Shown here in pieces: positions 38,086 through 48,593 of a stretch of DNA of 64,000 nucleotides. The position numbers were made by a program, and so were the translations under genes. This DNA comes from Giardia intestinalis (lineage: Eukaryota). Numbering within the stretch: position 1 is the stretch's first letter; every line of letters begins with the position of its first letter. The notes under the pieces were generated by a model. The model saw only the letters and a program-made list of their open reading frames with translations, was not told where the DNA came from and ran no database searches. Where the stretch lies: assembly GCA_000002435.2 (NCBI GenBank), contig CM018792.1; one strand, written 5' to 3'.

Positions 38086-38692
38086 GCGCTCGAGGAAGAG
38101 TGGAAGGCGTTGTCATGGCCTGTAGAGCCTCTGTCCTTCCACCCTTTATAGCTAGATCCCGGGCAGTATAGCCCATTCTGTTCCGCAGCGGCATTTCGCT
38201 AAGTAGCAAGGGAATGCATTCGAGACTGTTGTGAAACACCGCAAGCATGAGCGCTGTCCATCCAGAGCTTGTTTGCTTTCCTAGCTCACATTTTAGTAAA
38301 CAGGCAACCTCAGTATAGTTGTAGCAGGCCGCATACATGAGAGCAGTGTAACCATCTTTATCCTGCATGTTTTTCTCCTGTGGGAGTAAAAGAGATACCA
38401 GAGGCAGTTGGTGTCTCTTAGCAGCCATCATCAGCGCTGTTTCACCGTTGGTCATGAAGCATCCTGCTTCGTGGAAGTAATTGTTGGCCCTGCTCAGATC
38501 ATTTGCTAGTACTGCCTTCATTAGTTCCGTGGGGCTGGACACTGGACCAAGTGACGTAAGGGAGTCAACAGACCTAGGAACTGAAGAGTGCTTCAAAGAC
38601 GGCTCCGCAGATAGTATATTTAAGGGTTCGGACGAGGCATTCACCTCCGACATAAGATTCTTTATGTACTTACAAAGATCATCAAACGTCAT
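38078..38692 (-). CDS. Ankyrin-repeat protein (Giardia 'Protein 21.1' type)
   Basis: Ankyrin repeats NGETALMMAAKRHQLPLVSLLL, DGYTALMYAACYNYTEVACLL and SGWTALMLAVFHNSLECIPLLL. The poly(A) signal of the upstream RFC gene lies 5 nt before its ATG. Confidence 0.7.
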   Translation of the reverse strand: MTFDDLCKYIKNLMSEVNASSEPLNILSAEPSLKHSSVPRSVDSLTSLGPVSSPTELMKAVLANDLSRANNYFHEAGCFMTNGETALMMAAKRHQLPLVSLLLPQEKNMQDKDGYTALMYAACYNYTEVACLLKCELGKQTSSGWTALMLAVFHNSLECIPLLLSEMPLRNRMGYTARDLAIKGGRTEALQAMTTPSTLPRAPT

Positions 38693-38696
38693 GTAG

Positions 38697-38703
38697 GTTT
38701 ACT
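38697..38703 (-). promoter_or_regulatory. Polyadenylation signal AGTAAAC for the RFC gene, positioned 5 nt upstream of the next gene's start codon
   Basis: The reverse complement of gtttact at 38697-38703. The RFC stop is at 38730-38732 and the ankyrin gene ATG at 38692-38690. Confidence 0.5.
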
Positions 38704-38729
38704 GAATGGGTACTAGGGCTCCTGCACTT

Positions 38730-39698
38730 CTAGTGCGGAGAAAGTTGAAGAAAGAGCTCAGCCAGCAGACGACATAGCTGCAAGGGACTTGAAACGGTTG
38801 TCTTGCTCTTTGCATGTAAACTGGCGAGAATTCGAAGCATACTAGCCCGCACCACGTCATTAATTTCTGTTTCGCTGTTAAGGGCATAGCGAAACATCGC
38901 GTTGTAGATATCGTCGTAATTGTAACCTTCGTTGAGCTGGTTATCTATAAGCATCCATCCGTCGTCAAACTTGCCGGATGTCAGGAGCTTCATAACCTGA
39001 TCAATAACCTTAACATCTATAGTGCTGAGAGCCTTCTGAACACCGGCCACTGTAATTACCTTGTTGTTAGCGTCTGCAACCAGCTGCAGGCTGTTGAGGC
39101 ATGAGCGAACATCGTTCCCAGAGATAGAAATAAGCTCCTTGAGTGCCTCGGTGTCGCTCTTAACCCCTTCCTTTTCGCAGATCTCCTGTAGATATTTGAT
39201 AAGTTCTGCTTGCGTAGCAGGCATGATGCGGAGAACACAACACCGCGATTGGACAGGCTCGATAACCTTCGAGATGTTGTTGCATGCGAGACAGAAGCGC
39301 GTGGAGCCAGTCTCGTCATCCATAATGCGGCGAAGGACTTGCTGGGCGGCCTCTGTCATTGCATCGCATTCGTCGAGGAAAACGAGCTTCTGGATACCCG
39401 CGGGAAGAGTTACTTGCTTTTGGGCGAAGGTCTTGACCTTGGCCCGGATATCGCTGACATTACGCTCGTCCGACGCGTTAAGCTCGAGGAAGGCCACACT
39501 GCGATGTGCACCAAGCATCTGGTTGGCCAGACAAAGAGCGATCGTCGTCTTCCCGAGCCCAGGCCCGCCGGCGAAAAGGATGTTCGGGAGGTTCCCCTGT
39601 GCGGCGAAGTAGCGAAGGCGCGCGAGGATCTCCGGGTTCCCGATGAGCCCGTCGAGGGTGCGCGGGCGGTACCGCTCGATGAATGGGAGTGCCTTCAT
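38730..39698 (-). CDS. Replication factor C small subunit (RFC2/RFC4-like AAA+ clamp-loader subunit)
   Basis: The motifs are FIERYRPRTLDGLIGN (RFC box II), GGPGLGKTT (Walker A), LELNASDERNVSDIRAKVKTFAQ, VFLDECDAMT (Walker B DEcD), QQVLRRIMDDETGSTRFCLACN, and EPVQSRCCVLR (the SRC arginine finger). Confidence 0.9.
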   Translation of the reverse strand: MKALPFIERYRPRTLDGLIGNPEILARLRYFAAQGNLPNILFAGGPGLGKTTIALCLANQMLGAHRSVAFLELNASDERNVSDIRAKVKTFAQKQVTLPAGIQKLVFLDECDAMTEAAQQVLRRIMDDETGSTRFCLACNNISKVIEPVQSRCCVLRIMPATQAELIKYLQEICEKEGVKSDTEALKELISISGNDVRSCLNSLQLVADANNKVITVAGVQKALSTIDVKVIDQVMKLLTSGKFDDGWMLIDNQLNEGYNYDDIYNAMFRYALNSETEINDVVRASMLRILASLHAKSKTTVSSPLQLCRLLAELFLQLSPH

Positions 39699-39761
39699 CG
39701 GCCACTCTTTTCAAACAATAAACTGCCTACTCCGGCCTCTGGTGAGGTCCCGCGCGGGCGC

Positions 39762-39844
39762 GCCAGTTTGGCCGAGTGGTTAAGGCGGGGGACTTAAGAT
39801 CCTCTGATCGCAAGATCGCGTGGGTTCGAACCCCACAGCTGGCA
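39762..39844 (+). tRNA. tRNA-Leu (anticodon UAA)
   Basis: 83 nt. The acceptor stem is GCCAGTT/AGCTGGC. The D-arm is GCCGAGTGGTtAAGGC. The anticodon stem is GGGGA/TCCTC with loop CTTAAGA. A long variable arm has a GATC/GATC stem. The T-arm is GTGGG-TTCGAAC-CCCAC. The discriminator is A. A tttt run (a Pol III terminator) follows at 39845-39848. Confidence 0.85.
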
Positions 39845-39848
39845 TTTT

Positions 39849-40508
39849 ATGCTCCACCGTGCGGCGCTCTGCCGCCCTGATCACACCCTCTTCTGGACCG
39901 TCTGCGCGCCCGTCGGTGCAGGACTCGTTTTCCTCTCTCTAGCTGCGCGCAGCATAATCTTGCAGATTCCGTACGCCAGGGTCAGAGCACTCTCTCTGGA
40001 CTCGAGGTCTACGGCTCTGCTGCGCATACATCTGCGCCACGGCGCTACTGTGCTGCTGTGGTGTGATTCAGCAGAGCTTTTGGCGAAAGAGGTTACCGAA
40101 GCTAGCAAAGTAGGAGGCGATGCAAGTCAAACGGAAGACGGCGTCATGTTCTCGTGCCATGTTTCTACGGGGTCTTACGTGCTTCATTCAGCAGTTGTGA
40201 CAGTAGGGCATCTCCACGTGATAGTGCATACATCAGATATTTTGCTGAAATGCCCTGTGGCAGAAATCATCGAAGTCCGCGAAGCAGGGCATCCATGCGT
40301 TATTGACCTGTGCTGCATCTCTAAAAGACTTATCCTTGAGTTTGATAAGAGCGAGGATGCGAACAAATGTCGTACCCTTTTACTTGGCTACATCTTGCTG
40401 AGGACCCTTAAAATAGATGTGAAAGATCAGATAAAACAATTTTACGTGGCTTCCATAGCTCAACCATCAATGCTGTGGGCGGGAAGCCTTTTTCACAATC
40501 TTCAATAA
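39849..40508 (+). CDS. Hypothetical protein, possibly PH/GRAM-like. The start is uncertain.
   Basis: A 219-aa ORF beginning 5 nt after the tRNA. The N-terminal 30 aa look non-coding, and an internal Met is the likelier start. Confidence 0.35.
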   Translation: MLHRAALCRPDHTLFWTVCAPVGAGLVFLSLAARSIILQIPYARVRALSLDSRSTALLRIHLRHGATVLLWCDSAELLAKEVTEASKVGGDASQTEDGVMFSCHVSTGSYVLHSAVVTVGHLHVIVHTSDILLKCPVAEIIEVREAGHPCVIDLCCISKRLILEFDKSEDANKCRTLLLGYILLRTLKIDVKDQIKQFYVASIAQPSMLWAGSLFHNLQ

Positions 40509-40625
40509 ATTTTAATATACTTGTTCTCAGTAGGCACATTTCTTAGATTGATAACTCCATATTAGCTGCGAAACAAAGAGGAGTAGCAGGCCATTTTCTA
40601 ATTAATCGGTCAAAAAATTAATAAA

Positions 40626-43600
40626 ATGGCGGACCCTCAGTACTCTCAGCAGCTTCTCAATATAGACGCCAAGCTGCAGAGCATTTACGACGAGTGCGTT
40701 TGTGAAGTGATTGGACGGCATTCAGTAGACGCTAATAATGCTTTTTCTCCTGCAATCCGGGATGACTTATATCTCTTGCATCAGAGGGTTCTCACCAAGC
40801 AAGCGACTGAAGATGACAATGCTCGGTACCGTCCGCTATATCTAGAAATTTCCACAGCCTACACTCATAAGCTAAGGCAGCTTAGCACTGTGGATCCCGC
40901 ACTGGCTCAGTATTTACAGTATCAACAGCTACAAGCGACTCAGCAAATGGCTCAGCGCTCGCAGCAGGTCCAGCAGGTTCATCAGCCTCCAGTTCAGCAG
41001 CAGACCCAACAACAAGTCCAGCAGCAAAGGAACGCGTCTGACAGGCTGTCCCAAACGTCATATATGCTGGAATTTGCATATCAGACCCAAGGGCAACATA
41101 CAAAGGACATTCTGCGCACTCTCAGAGCATATTATGACTCTTACGCGCAGCAATCGCATATGCCCCAGGTTGTTGAGAGTGTATTTGCGCAAATGAAGCT
41201 TATATTTTGCTATCTTTTTTGCATGATTAAGCTTTCTGGGGACTCTACAAAGGCTGCAGAGATAGAGCAAGCATATTCGCTGCTCTGCCAAGAAAAGAGT
41301 AGAGCGGGAGCTCCCCTTTTCGCATCGCCAGAACTGTATAAGGAGTTAGAAGAAGAGACACAGATGTTTTTGAATAGCAAACAAGCTCAGGCTCAGCAGT
41401 ATTCGTATTCTCAGGGCTCGTTTGCCTCAGATGCCGCACAGCCACTTTCTATCTTTCAGCCTGTCAAGGAGGAAGCGCTATCATATGCACACTTTGGATA
41501 TGTGCTTCTTCATCCTGCCACGCAGAAGCAGCTGTACGAAGTGCTCAAAATTCTCTGCGCACAACCGTCCGCATCTCAGCAACAATACCAATCTGTAAAA
41601 GCTGCCCTTGTTAAGTATCTCTACATATTTCCTCGGAAGACAAAGAATTGCTGGTTAAATCTCAATGTAGACTTGTATGCAAAGATCTGTCCTTCTTCTC
41701 AAACCTTCCCGTCTGCAGGGCTGTACCAGGTACTTGATTACTTGAAGGTACAGTGCTATAGTCTTTTTCAATGTATATATGAAATATCCAGATACATAGT
41801 AACGGCGATCCAGGTGAAGAGCTCAGGCCAAGACTTGTCACAAGCAGCAGCGATCATAAATAATTTTAGAATCAATATGTTCTACGATTTTAAGTATAAT
41901 CTTTACCGACCACCATATTATAACGAGCTCCCACAACCTGATCCTCATCTGAACGAGTATTATGCGGAGTTTGTCCAACCTACGGTAGAGTCTCTCCCTA
42001 ATATAGAATCGCAAATCAGCCTTATGACTCAGGGTCCTACAGGCGATCCCGGGTTGCCCTTGCATCAACCGCAAGCGCGAGCAGAAACCAAAGCGGAACC
42101 TCAAGGACTAGGTAAAGCAGAGCAACAGACCAGGCTACAAAGCGAATTGCAGAACGACAGCCACAGATCCTTCTTGAATAAATATAGGGAACTGTGCATA
42201 CAGGTGTTTCAGGTGTCCAACATCACAAAGCCCGCTCGCGATTCTTACTCGAAGGTAATAAAGGACTATAACGTAGCATACAACCACCTCCTCTCCTTTG
42301 GAAATACCAACTCAGCTGAAAAGCAGAATGCCGAATTTGCGGCTAGAGCTCTTTATAACAAGGCGCTAGCAATTCAGGAAGACATGCGGCAAAAGGAGCA
42401 GGCATATTACACGAGTCTGCAACAATTATCTGCATACGAACAGTCAATAAACGGGTCTGACGACCTTCGAGCTGAAATGGAGCAGATTAAACAGAGCGTC
42501 ATGGACATGTACATTAATAAGGCCGCGTATCAGAAGGCTCCTCCGCCGACTATGCAACAACGGCAGCGTGCATCTACAAGACAGCTGACCCGTTCGACCA
42601 CACCAAGCATAACCCCCTTACACTCACTCTCCTCGGAAGCAGTCAGCACAATGGAAGAGAGCAGCGAGTCTTCGGAGGCATCACCGGTCTTTGATGACAC
42701 TGAAGATACACAAAACCAGGCCGTCTCCGATGAACTCAGCGATGTTCCTGACCACGACACAGACGTTGAGGAAGAAAATTATATTGGATGCGTACTCGAT
42801 TGCAAACGGATACCCATGACCTCTGCGTGGCTTTACACACCTTCCCTCCTAATTAAGCCAGATCCAGATCCGTCAACGATCGGCAAATATGACTTTTTGC
42901 GCCCTAAGGGGATTCAGCGATTGGGACGCAGTGATGGAGGTATAGCAACTGTACGGATAGACTTTCTGTATGAAGATTTAGACAACGTCAACAATGTGAT
43001 TGAGATATCTCCAGAAGAGGAAAATATAAAGCGCTCTGTAGATTCATCTTCTCGTATGAGCAAAGGGGTTAGAGACCTAGAAAGATCTGTAATCAAAGAA
43101 TCGCCTCAGGGTGAAAAGCAAAGGACGGGCATTACCAAGGTTCCTTCCAAGGACTCGTTAGATGATAATATTGTAAGCGTACAAAATGCGTCACCCCTTA
43201 CCGCTGAAAAAGCTGATGTAGTAGACAACCATAGTATCATTGCTGATGCAGAATTACTTACTGTAAAGGACAGTGACCAGAACGGAAGCCTCCCTCAAGG
43301 CGAGTATCAAGACCCAGAGAGTAAGGAGAAGGATGATAATCCCGAAAAACTGGACGAGGCGAATGAACCTGACGGCCAAGAGGGCCATGAAGACCTTACT
43401 GAGTCTAGTGATACTGTTGTTACTCCTCGAACTGAAGAGCGGCGAGCAGCAGCAGAAAATGAGCATGTATACATTTTCCTTATCAAGTGGCAGAGGAAGG
43501 CACATTGCCATGCAACGTGGGAGCTAGAGGACTATCTTATGCACTTATCATCGTACGTGAAGGTCAAGAACTACAAGAAGAAATATGAAAAGATCCAGGG

Positions 43601-46600
43601 ATTCATCTATAACAAAGACACAGATGACATCTCTAAAGAGGATGTCAAAGACAAAATACGGTCACAGAAGCTACAGATTCGAAGCTATATGATTCCCGAG
43701 AAGATAGTCGGCATGCGCATCGATACAGAGTTGGCTACTCACTATAATGAGAAGCTTACAAAGATATTTAATTATATGCGCACAGATTCAGAGCTTAACT
43801 TGCGTTACTCGGAAGCTTTTGCAGGCGCATTTACTCGAAATGTAGGTGATGGCAAGCTGCACTATTATCCTGAATTCAATAATAGTGACTCCGAGCCTGT
43901 GGCTATTACCGAGTTTAATTTCAATGACCCTGATGTATTCTGCAATAGACAACTTGATGAGGATGGATACCTGCCTTCTTATCCCATAGCTCATTCCTCG
44001 GACGGGCAAGGGCTGCTGTCTGAAGCATCACAGAGCTCAGCCATCGACAAAATAAGCGGATATATCTATCTTGTGAAGTGGCGGGACCTCCCATATTCCC
44101 AAGTAACAGATGAGTATTATGAAGATCTTTTAGCAAATCCGTACATAAGACACGAGTACCTTCACAAATTAATCAACGACTTTAAAGCGCGGTCAGATGC
44201 AATCAGTCAGACCCTTAGCAAGGAATCCTCTATTGGTTACGATGCACGACCCATTCTCTCTGGAGATCCACAGTCAGAGGTTGATGCTGTCATCTGCTCT
44301 CCCCATCCGTCCTTCTTGATAGATGTCTCTGATAACCTGGTCTTGCGAGACCATCAGATTGATGGCGTTAAGTTCCTCCTCATAAGCTGGCTACAGAAGC
44401 GGAACGTTATTTTAGCCGATGATCTAGGAGTAGGGAAAACGATACAAACAATCGCCTTTATCTCAGCACTGCACAACCACTTTCATGTTCCTGGTCCATT
44501 TCTTATTGTCGTTCCTATTTCTACTCTTTCTGCATGGCAAATGGCTCTTTCCGATTGGTGTCCGAATATGACCGTGGTGACTCTAATAGGGACCAAGGAG
44601 GATAGAGAGGTCATCGTCACACATGAATTTTATTTTAAGCCAGAGGGCGACCAAGCAGAGCTTCTTTCAGGCGACGCAGCAGAGCGGTCCATACCGGAGA
44701 AGATTCCTCGTTTTCATATCTTGCTGACGACTCCCCAGATGGCTGTTAAGCACGAAGACGACTTAATGTCCTTTCAGTGGCGTCTCCTGGCAATTGATGA
44801 AGCCCACAGCTTGAAGAACTCTGCATCTATTAGAACTACAACCTTTTCACGGTATAAAACAGATGCTAAGCTCCTTATCACCGGGACACCAATGCAAAAC
44901 TCCATCGAAGAGCTTTTCAACCTGCTTAATTTTATCGAGCCAGAGGTTTTCCCAAACATAGATGTCTTTGCTTGCAGAGATGACAAGAGTGTTGAGCTAT
45001 TCAAGAACGCTCTTCAGTCCTGGGAAAATACTATCTCTACGTCAGCTCCATCTCTTAACTCTTGCTCAGAAATACTAAGTAGCCAACAGCGTGTTGATAC
45101 CATAAGAAGCACTATTCAGCCTTACATTCTGCGTCGTGTAAAGTCGGTGGTCGAAAAGTGTATTCCTCCTCGGAAAGAGTTGATACTTCGTATTCACATG
45201 ACCCCCTTGCAAATTTCTTGTTCTGAATGGCTATTGGAGCAGAACTACGAAATGCTGACTGCAAAATCGTATAATTCAGTGAAGCTGCAGAATCTACTGA
45301 TGCAGCTGAGAAAGGTTTGCAATCATCCTTACATTATCCATGATTTGAAACTCCACACAGCTAATCTGAAAGATATAGTGGATGGCAGCGGCAAGTTTCA
45401 AGTGTTGGACAAGCTTCTAGACAAGTTGAACAGCGAGGGCCACCGTGTATTGATTTTTTCTCAATTAATTAAGACGTTAGACATCCTCGAGCGATACTGC
45501 TTCTATAAAAAGTATAAGTTCCAGCGTCTTCAGGGATCGATGACATCAGAGCAGAGGCGGCGTGCAATTAACAACTTCAATGAAAAGAACTCCAAGGATT
45601 TCATATTTCTTCTAAGCACGCGTTCGGGTGGCCAGGGCATCAATCTAGCAACAGCAGACACTGTTATTATCTTTGATGCTGACTATAATCCACACAATGA
45701 CCTCCAAGCGGCTGGTAGGGTCCATAGGATCGGCCAATCAAAGCCAGTCACCATTTACCGCCTAGTGACGCGTGACAGTGTTGAGGAGAGAATCCTTGAC
45801 ATAGGTCATCGTAAACTGATGCTGGACTACGCTATCATCCAGAAGAAGAATGAGTCCATTAATCTTACCATTAGCGATCAACCGGCCTTTGGTAACAAAA
45901 CCCCTATAACAGGCGACAGCTCACAACGTAGTTCTGCTGACGATCCTACCCGTGTAGACACCTCTGGAAGTCAAGCTCAGGCAGAGCTGTCTCTTCTAAA
46001 TAAAGGGACCTTGGCTGTGAACCAGCCGGTGGAGACCTTCTCGGTTATTAACGAACAGGGTGAGGTTGTCGGCACAGACACGCTCTCCTCTGTTACAGTT
46101 ACTAACCTAAAGTCAATCACCCCTGCAGCCAACGAACAGGAGGAACAGATTATGCGGCACGTCGTTCGTTTTGGTGCTGAGCAACTGACAAAGATGGATC
46201 ACAATGCAGGTAGCCAACAGTCTTCAACCTCGCCAGAGACTAATTTCTTAGACATCGAGCAAATCCTTTCCGGAGCAGAAGAAGTCAACTACGAAGATCT
46301 GTCGCAGAACAAATTCGGAAAACTTCCGGGAAATATCTTTCAGCTGTCGGACTTGTCTCCAGATAAGTCTGTCAAAGAGAATAAACACGAGAACGATCAG
46401 GACTTCTGGCGTCGTATTAAGGATACTATAGCAGCGAATACTTCCAATGATGGGGCGCGTCAGATCACTACGGGACCACTAGAGCAACTCCTATCCCCTG
46501 GAAAGCCTGCAGTCAACCTTGTGCAGTTTTCGTTCCTCCAGACGCGAGAGATAATGAAGATTGTAAAGCTTCTTCGGCGTTTTGGAACGACCACGAATGC

Positions 46601-48563
46601 GCACATACAACAGATTTACTCTATGGACAAGACAATAGCTACAACCTTGGTTTCAGATATCAACCTCAAGCACTTCTGTGATAGCATCTTGGAGTTGTGT
46701 AAAAAGAGCTGCATTAGAAGAAATCATGATCCTCTTCATATAGCGAAGTCTGCCACATCACCCATTCCATTCATGGCAACAACTATTAACCCAACGGATC
46801 TATGCAAGTCACACTACACGATGCTCATTTTGGAATCTATTGTATTGGATGACAAATTTCTTTTCCCTGCAAGTCTTGCACCGCCAAAACCGTCCTGGGC
46901 CACCATCTATCCTTCCATAATTGATACAAAGCTATTGCTGTTGACGATAAGTGACGGCTTTTTTATTACAGAAAATGACATACCATTAATGAATCTCGAG
47001 GAAGTAATGAACACCCCCGGCCTTGAGGTACCTGAGGATCCTCCTCGGGGCAGTATTCTAAAGCGAATCCAGCAGCTTATGCGTCTCGTACTGCGCATCC
47101 CTTCTCACTCTGCGTATAGTGCAATAGACACAGACAACGTCCGGATCAGCCTCACTCCAGACCTCTCTGTCTATGATGATCAGCACTTTCTTGAATACTA
47201 CCAGAAGGCCCAGGGACTCTCCAGCGATAAAGAGCAACTAAGGGCTGAGATCTCTCGGCTTGTAGAAAGTATCTCGCAGGTCCGTGGAATGAATATGGTT
47301 CAAGCTGAAGAGCTCGACGACTTTAACGATTATACAACTGTCAATACAACTCTCCGGCGCAGTAAAAACTATATTCCCCAGGATATTATTTCAGAGCTAG
47401 GTGTCGAAACAGCCATGTCTATGTCAAAGACAGCACTGCACAACTACTTAGAGAGGCAAGCTCAAAATAAAAGCCTCCTAAACACATGCTTCAAGGTTCC
47501 AAATCAACAGCGCTCTTTCAGAACATGCCTGAACATCATTAAGAAGCACGTTACTTCAGAAAGGAGAAAGCGCATGACAATCCTCTTGCGAGACGTACTC
47601 ATAGCACTTGGAAATGATCGGAAGTATCTCTTAGGCGTTAAGGTCCCGATAGCAAGTTCTATTCTACTAAATGATAAATACGTTCACAAATTAGACTCGC
47701 TGTTAGCGGAGAAGGAAGGCGCATACAACAGCACTAACGCTGCCAGTACACTAACTAAATGTGTCACCATTCCAAGAATAAATCTTGAGAAGTTCAGGCC
47801 CATTGCAACTCTCACACAAGTCGAGCTTGCCGAGGCACATACCGCAGAGGCAAAGATATCCACATATGCTCAGAACGTCAATCCATCAACCCTCCACTTT
47901 TACATTGACAACATTCTTGCAGAGATAATAGCCACGCAAAAGTACAAGGTTACCTACCTGAATACTCTCAAAGCGGATTTTCTGGCAGTCAGTACTTCTA
48001 TCTTGAATACCATTGCCTCTCGGAGCTGGGACATAATGCTACACTGTTACGAGTACCTCCACGATAACAAGACATATTACACCAATATCTACCCTAGTGA
48101 AGAGGACGCCCTCTATATCTTGATGCGAGAGTTTGAAGCAGATCTAGCCAACTTTCTTCTCAAGTATGTCATCTCTATCATCTTTCCGAGTCAACAAGAA
48201 CCCGCATGTATTCTCTGGTACATCTGTCAATACTTTCTAATGGATGCACAGCACGTAAGCCATGACGACTCTGGATTTAAGATCTCCACTACTACTTGGA
48301 AAATAACAGAGTCTTCTGATACTACGATGTATAGCTCAATGTCGTCTTTATCCTTTACGGCTGAAGTGCAGATCTCTTTTTCTGAGGAAAAGGAGTTGGA
48401 GTATAAGCAATATCTGATAGATAGCAAGGCAGAGCTTGCCCGTAGTGTGTCTAAGCAAGAACTGGACAATGCCAGCTATTTAGCTGCAGAGTCCTCTAAT
48501 GATAGTTCTCCGGATGAAGACCTGTCTGTCGCTTCTACCTCTAACAATGATAGGCACTCTTAG
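40626..48563 (+). CDS. CHD-family chromatin remodeler: a Q-rich N-terminus, tandem chromodomains and an SNF2 ATPase, 2645 aa
   Basis: Chromodomains YIFLIKWQRKAHCHATWELEDYL and YIYLVKWRDLPYSQVTDEYYEDL. SNF2 motifs: LRDHQIDGVKFL…ILADDLGVGKTIQTIAF (I), LIVVPISTLSAWQ, LAIDEAHSLKNS (II DEAH), LITGTPMQNSIEELFNLLNF (III), HRVLIFSQ…KFQRLQGSM, LLSTRSGGQGINLATADTVIIFDADYNPHNDLQAAGRVHRIGQ (V-VI). Gln-rich N-terminus (nt ~40900-41050). Confidence 0.85.
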   Translation: MADPQYSQQLLNIDAKLQSIYDECVCEVIGRHSVDANNAFSPAIRDDLYLLHQRVLTKQATEDDNARYRPLYLEISTAYTHKLRQLSTVDPALAQYLQYQQLQATQQMAQRSQQVQQVHQPPVQQQTQQQVQQQRNASDRLSQTSYMLEFAYQTQGQHTKDILRTLRAYYDSYAQQSHMPQVVESVFAQMKLIFCYLFCMIKLSGDSTKAAEIEQAYSLLCQEKSRAGAPLFASPELYKELEEETQMFLNSKQAQAQQYSYSQGSFASDAAQPLSIFQPVKEEALSYAHFGYVLLHPATQKQLYEVLKILCAQPSASQQQYQSVKAALVKYLYIFPRKTKNCWLNLNVDLYAKICPSSQTFPSAGLYQVLDYLKVQCYSLFQCIYEISRYIVTAIQVKSSGQDLSQAAAIINNFRINMFYDFKYNLYRPPYYNELPQPDPHLNEYYAEFVQPTVESLPNIESQISLMTQGPTGDPGLPLHQPQARAETKAEPQGLGKAEQQTRLQSELQNDSHRSFLNKYRELCIQVFQVSNITKPARDSYSKVIKDYNVAYNHLLSFGNTNSAEKQNAEFAARALYNKALAIQEDMRQKEQAYYTSLQQLSAYEQSINGSDDLRAEMEQIKQSVMDMYINKAAYQKAPPPTMQQRQRASTRQLTRSTTPSITPLHSLSSEAVSTMEESSESSEASPVFDDTEDTQNQAVSDELSDVPDHDTDVEEENYIGCVLDCKRIPMTSAWLYTPSLLIKPDPDPSTIGKYDFLRPKGIQRLGRSDGGIATVRIDFLYEDLDNVNNVIEISPEEENIKRSVDSSSRMSKGVRDLERSVIKESPQGEKQRTGITKVPSKDSLDDNIVSVQNASPLTAEKADVVDNHSIIADAELLTVKDSDQNGSLPQGEYQDPESKEKDDNPEKLDEANEPDGQEGHEDLTESSDTVVTPRTEERRAAAENEHVYIFLIKWQRKAHCHATWELEDYLMHLSSYVKVKNYKKKYEKIQGFIYNKDTDDISKEDVKDKIRSQKLQIRSYMIPEKIVGMRIDTELATHYNEKLTKIFNYMRTDSELNLRYSEAFAGAFTRNVGDGKLHYYPEFNNSDSEPVAITEFNFNDPDVFCNRQLDEDGYLPSYPIAHSSDGQGLLSEASQSSAIDKISGYIYLVKWRDLPYSQVTDEYYEDLLANPYIRHEYLHKLINDFKARSDAISQTLSKESSIGYDARPILSGDPQSEVDAVICSPHPSFLIDVSDNLVLRDHQIDGVKFLLISWLQKRNVILADDLGVGKTIQTIAFISALHNHFHVPGPFLIVVPISTLSAWQMALSDWCPNMTVVTLIGTKEDREVIVTHEFYFKPEGDQAELLSGDAAERSIPEKIPRFHILLTTPQMAVKHEDDLMSFQWRLLAIDEAHSLKNSASIRTTTFSRYKTDAKLLITGTPMQNSIEELFNLLNFIEPEVFPNIDVFACRDDKSVELFKNALQSWENTISTSAPSLNSCSEILSSQQRVDTIRSTIQPYILRRVKSVVEKCIPPRKELILRIHMTPLQISCSEWLLEQNYEMLTAKSYNSVKLQNLLMQLRKVCNHPYIIHDLKLHTANLKDIVDGSGKFQVLDKLLDKLNSEGHRVLIFSQLIKTLDILERYCFYKKYKFQRLQGSMTSEQRRRAINNFNEKNSKDFIFLLSTRSGGQGINLATADTVIIFDADYNPHNDLQAAGRVHRIGQSKPVTIYRLVTRDSVEERILDIGHRKLMLDYAIIQKKNESINLTISDQPAFGNKTPITGDSSQRSSADDPTRVDTSGSQAQAELSLLNKGTLAVNQPVETFSVINEQGEVVGTDTLSSVTVTNLKSITPAANEQEEQIMRHVVRFGAEQLTKMDHNAGSQQSSTSPETNFLDIEQILSGAEEVNYEDLSQNKFGKLPGNIFQLSDLSPDKSVKENKHENDQDFWRRIKDTIAANTSNDGARQITTGPLEQLLSPGKPAVNLVQFSFLQTREIMKIVKLLRRFGTTTNAHIQQIYSMDKTIATTLVSDINLKHFCDSILELCKKSCIRRNHDPLHIAKSATSPIPFMATTINPTDLCKSHYTMLILESIVLDDKFLFPASLAPPKPSWATIYPSIIDTKLLLLTISDGFFITENDIPLMNLEEVMNTPGLEVPEDPPRGSILKRIQQLMRLVLRIPSHSAYSAIDTDNVRISLTPDLSVYDDQHFLEYYQKAQGLSSDKEQLRAEISRLVESISQVRGMNMVQAEELDDFNDYTTVNTTLRRSKNYIPQDIISELGVETAMSMSKTALHNYLERQAQNKSLLNTCFKVPNQQRSFRTCLNIIKKHVTSERRKRMTILLRDVLIALGNDRKYLLGVKVPIASSILLNDKYVHKLDSLLAEKEGAYNSTNAASTLTKCVTIPRINLEKFRPIATLTQVELAEAHTAEAKISTYAQNVNPSTLHFYIDNILAEIIATQKYKVTYLNTLKADFLAVSTSILNTIASRSWDIMLHCYEYLHDNKTYYTNIYPSEEDALYILMREFEADLANFLLKYVISIIFPSQQEPACILWYICQYFLMDAQHVSHDDSGFKISTTTWKITESSDTTMYSSMSSLSFTAEVQISFSEEKELEYKQYLIDSKAELARSVSKQELDNASYLAAESSNDSSPDEDLSVASTSNNDRHS

Positions 48564-48593
48564 GGGACAGGCTTTATTTATATAAAGTAACGA

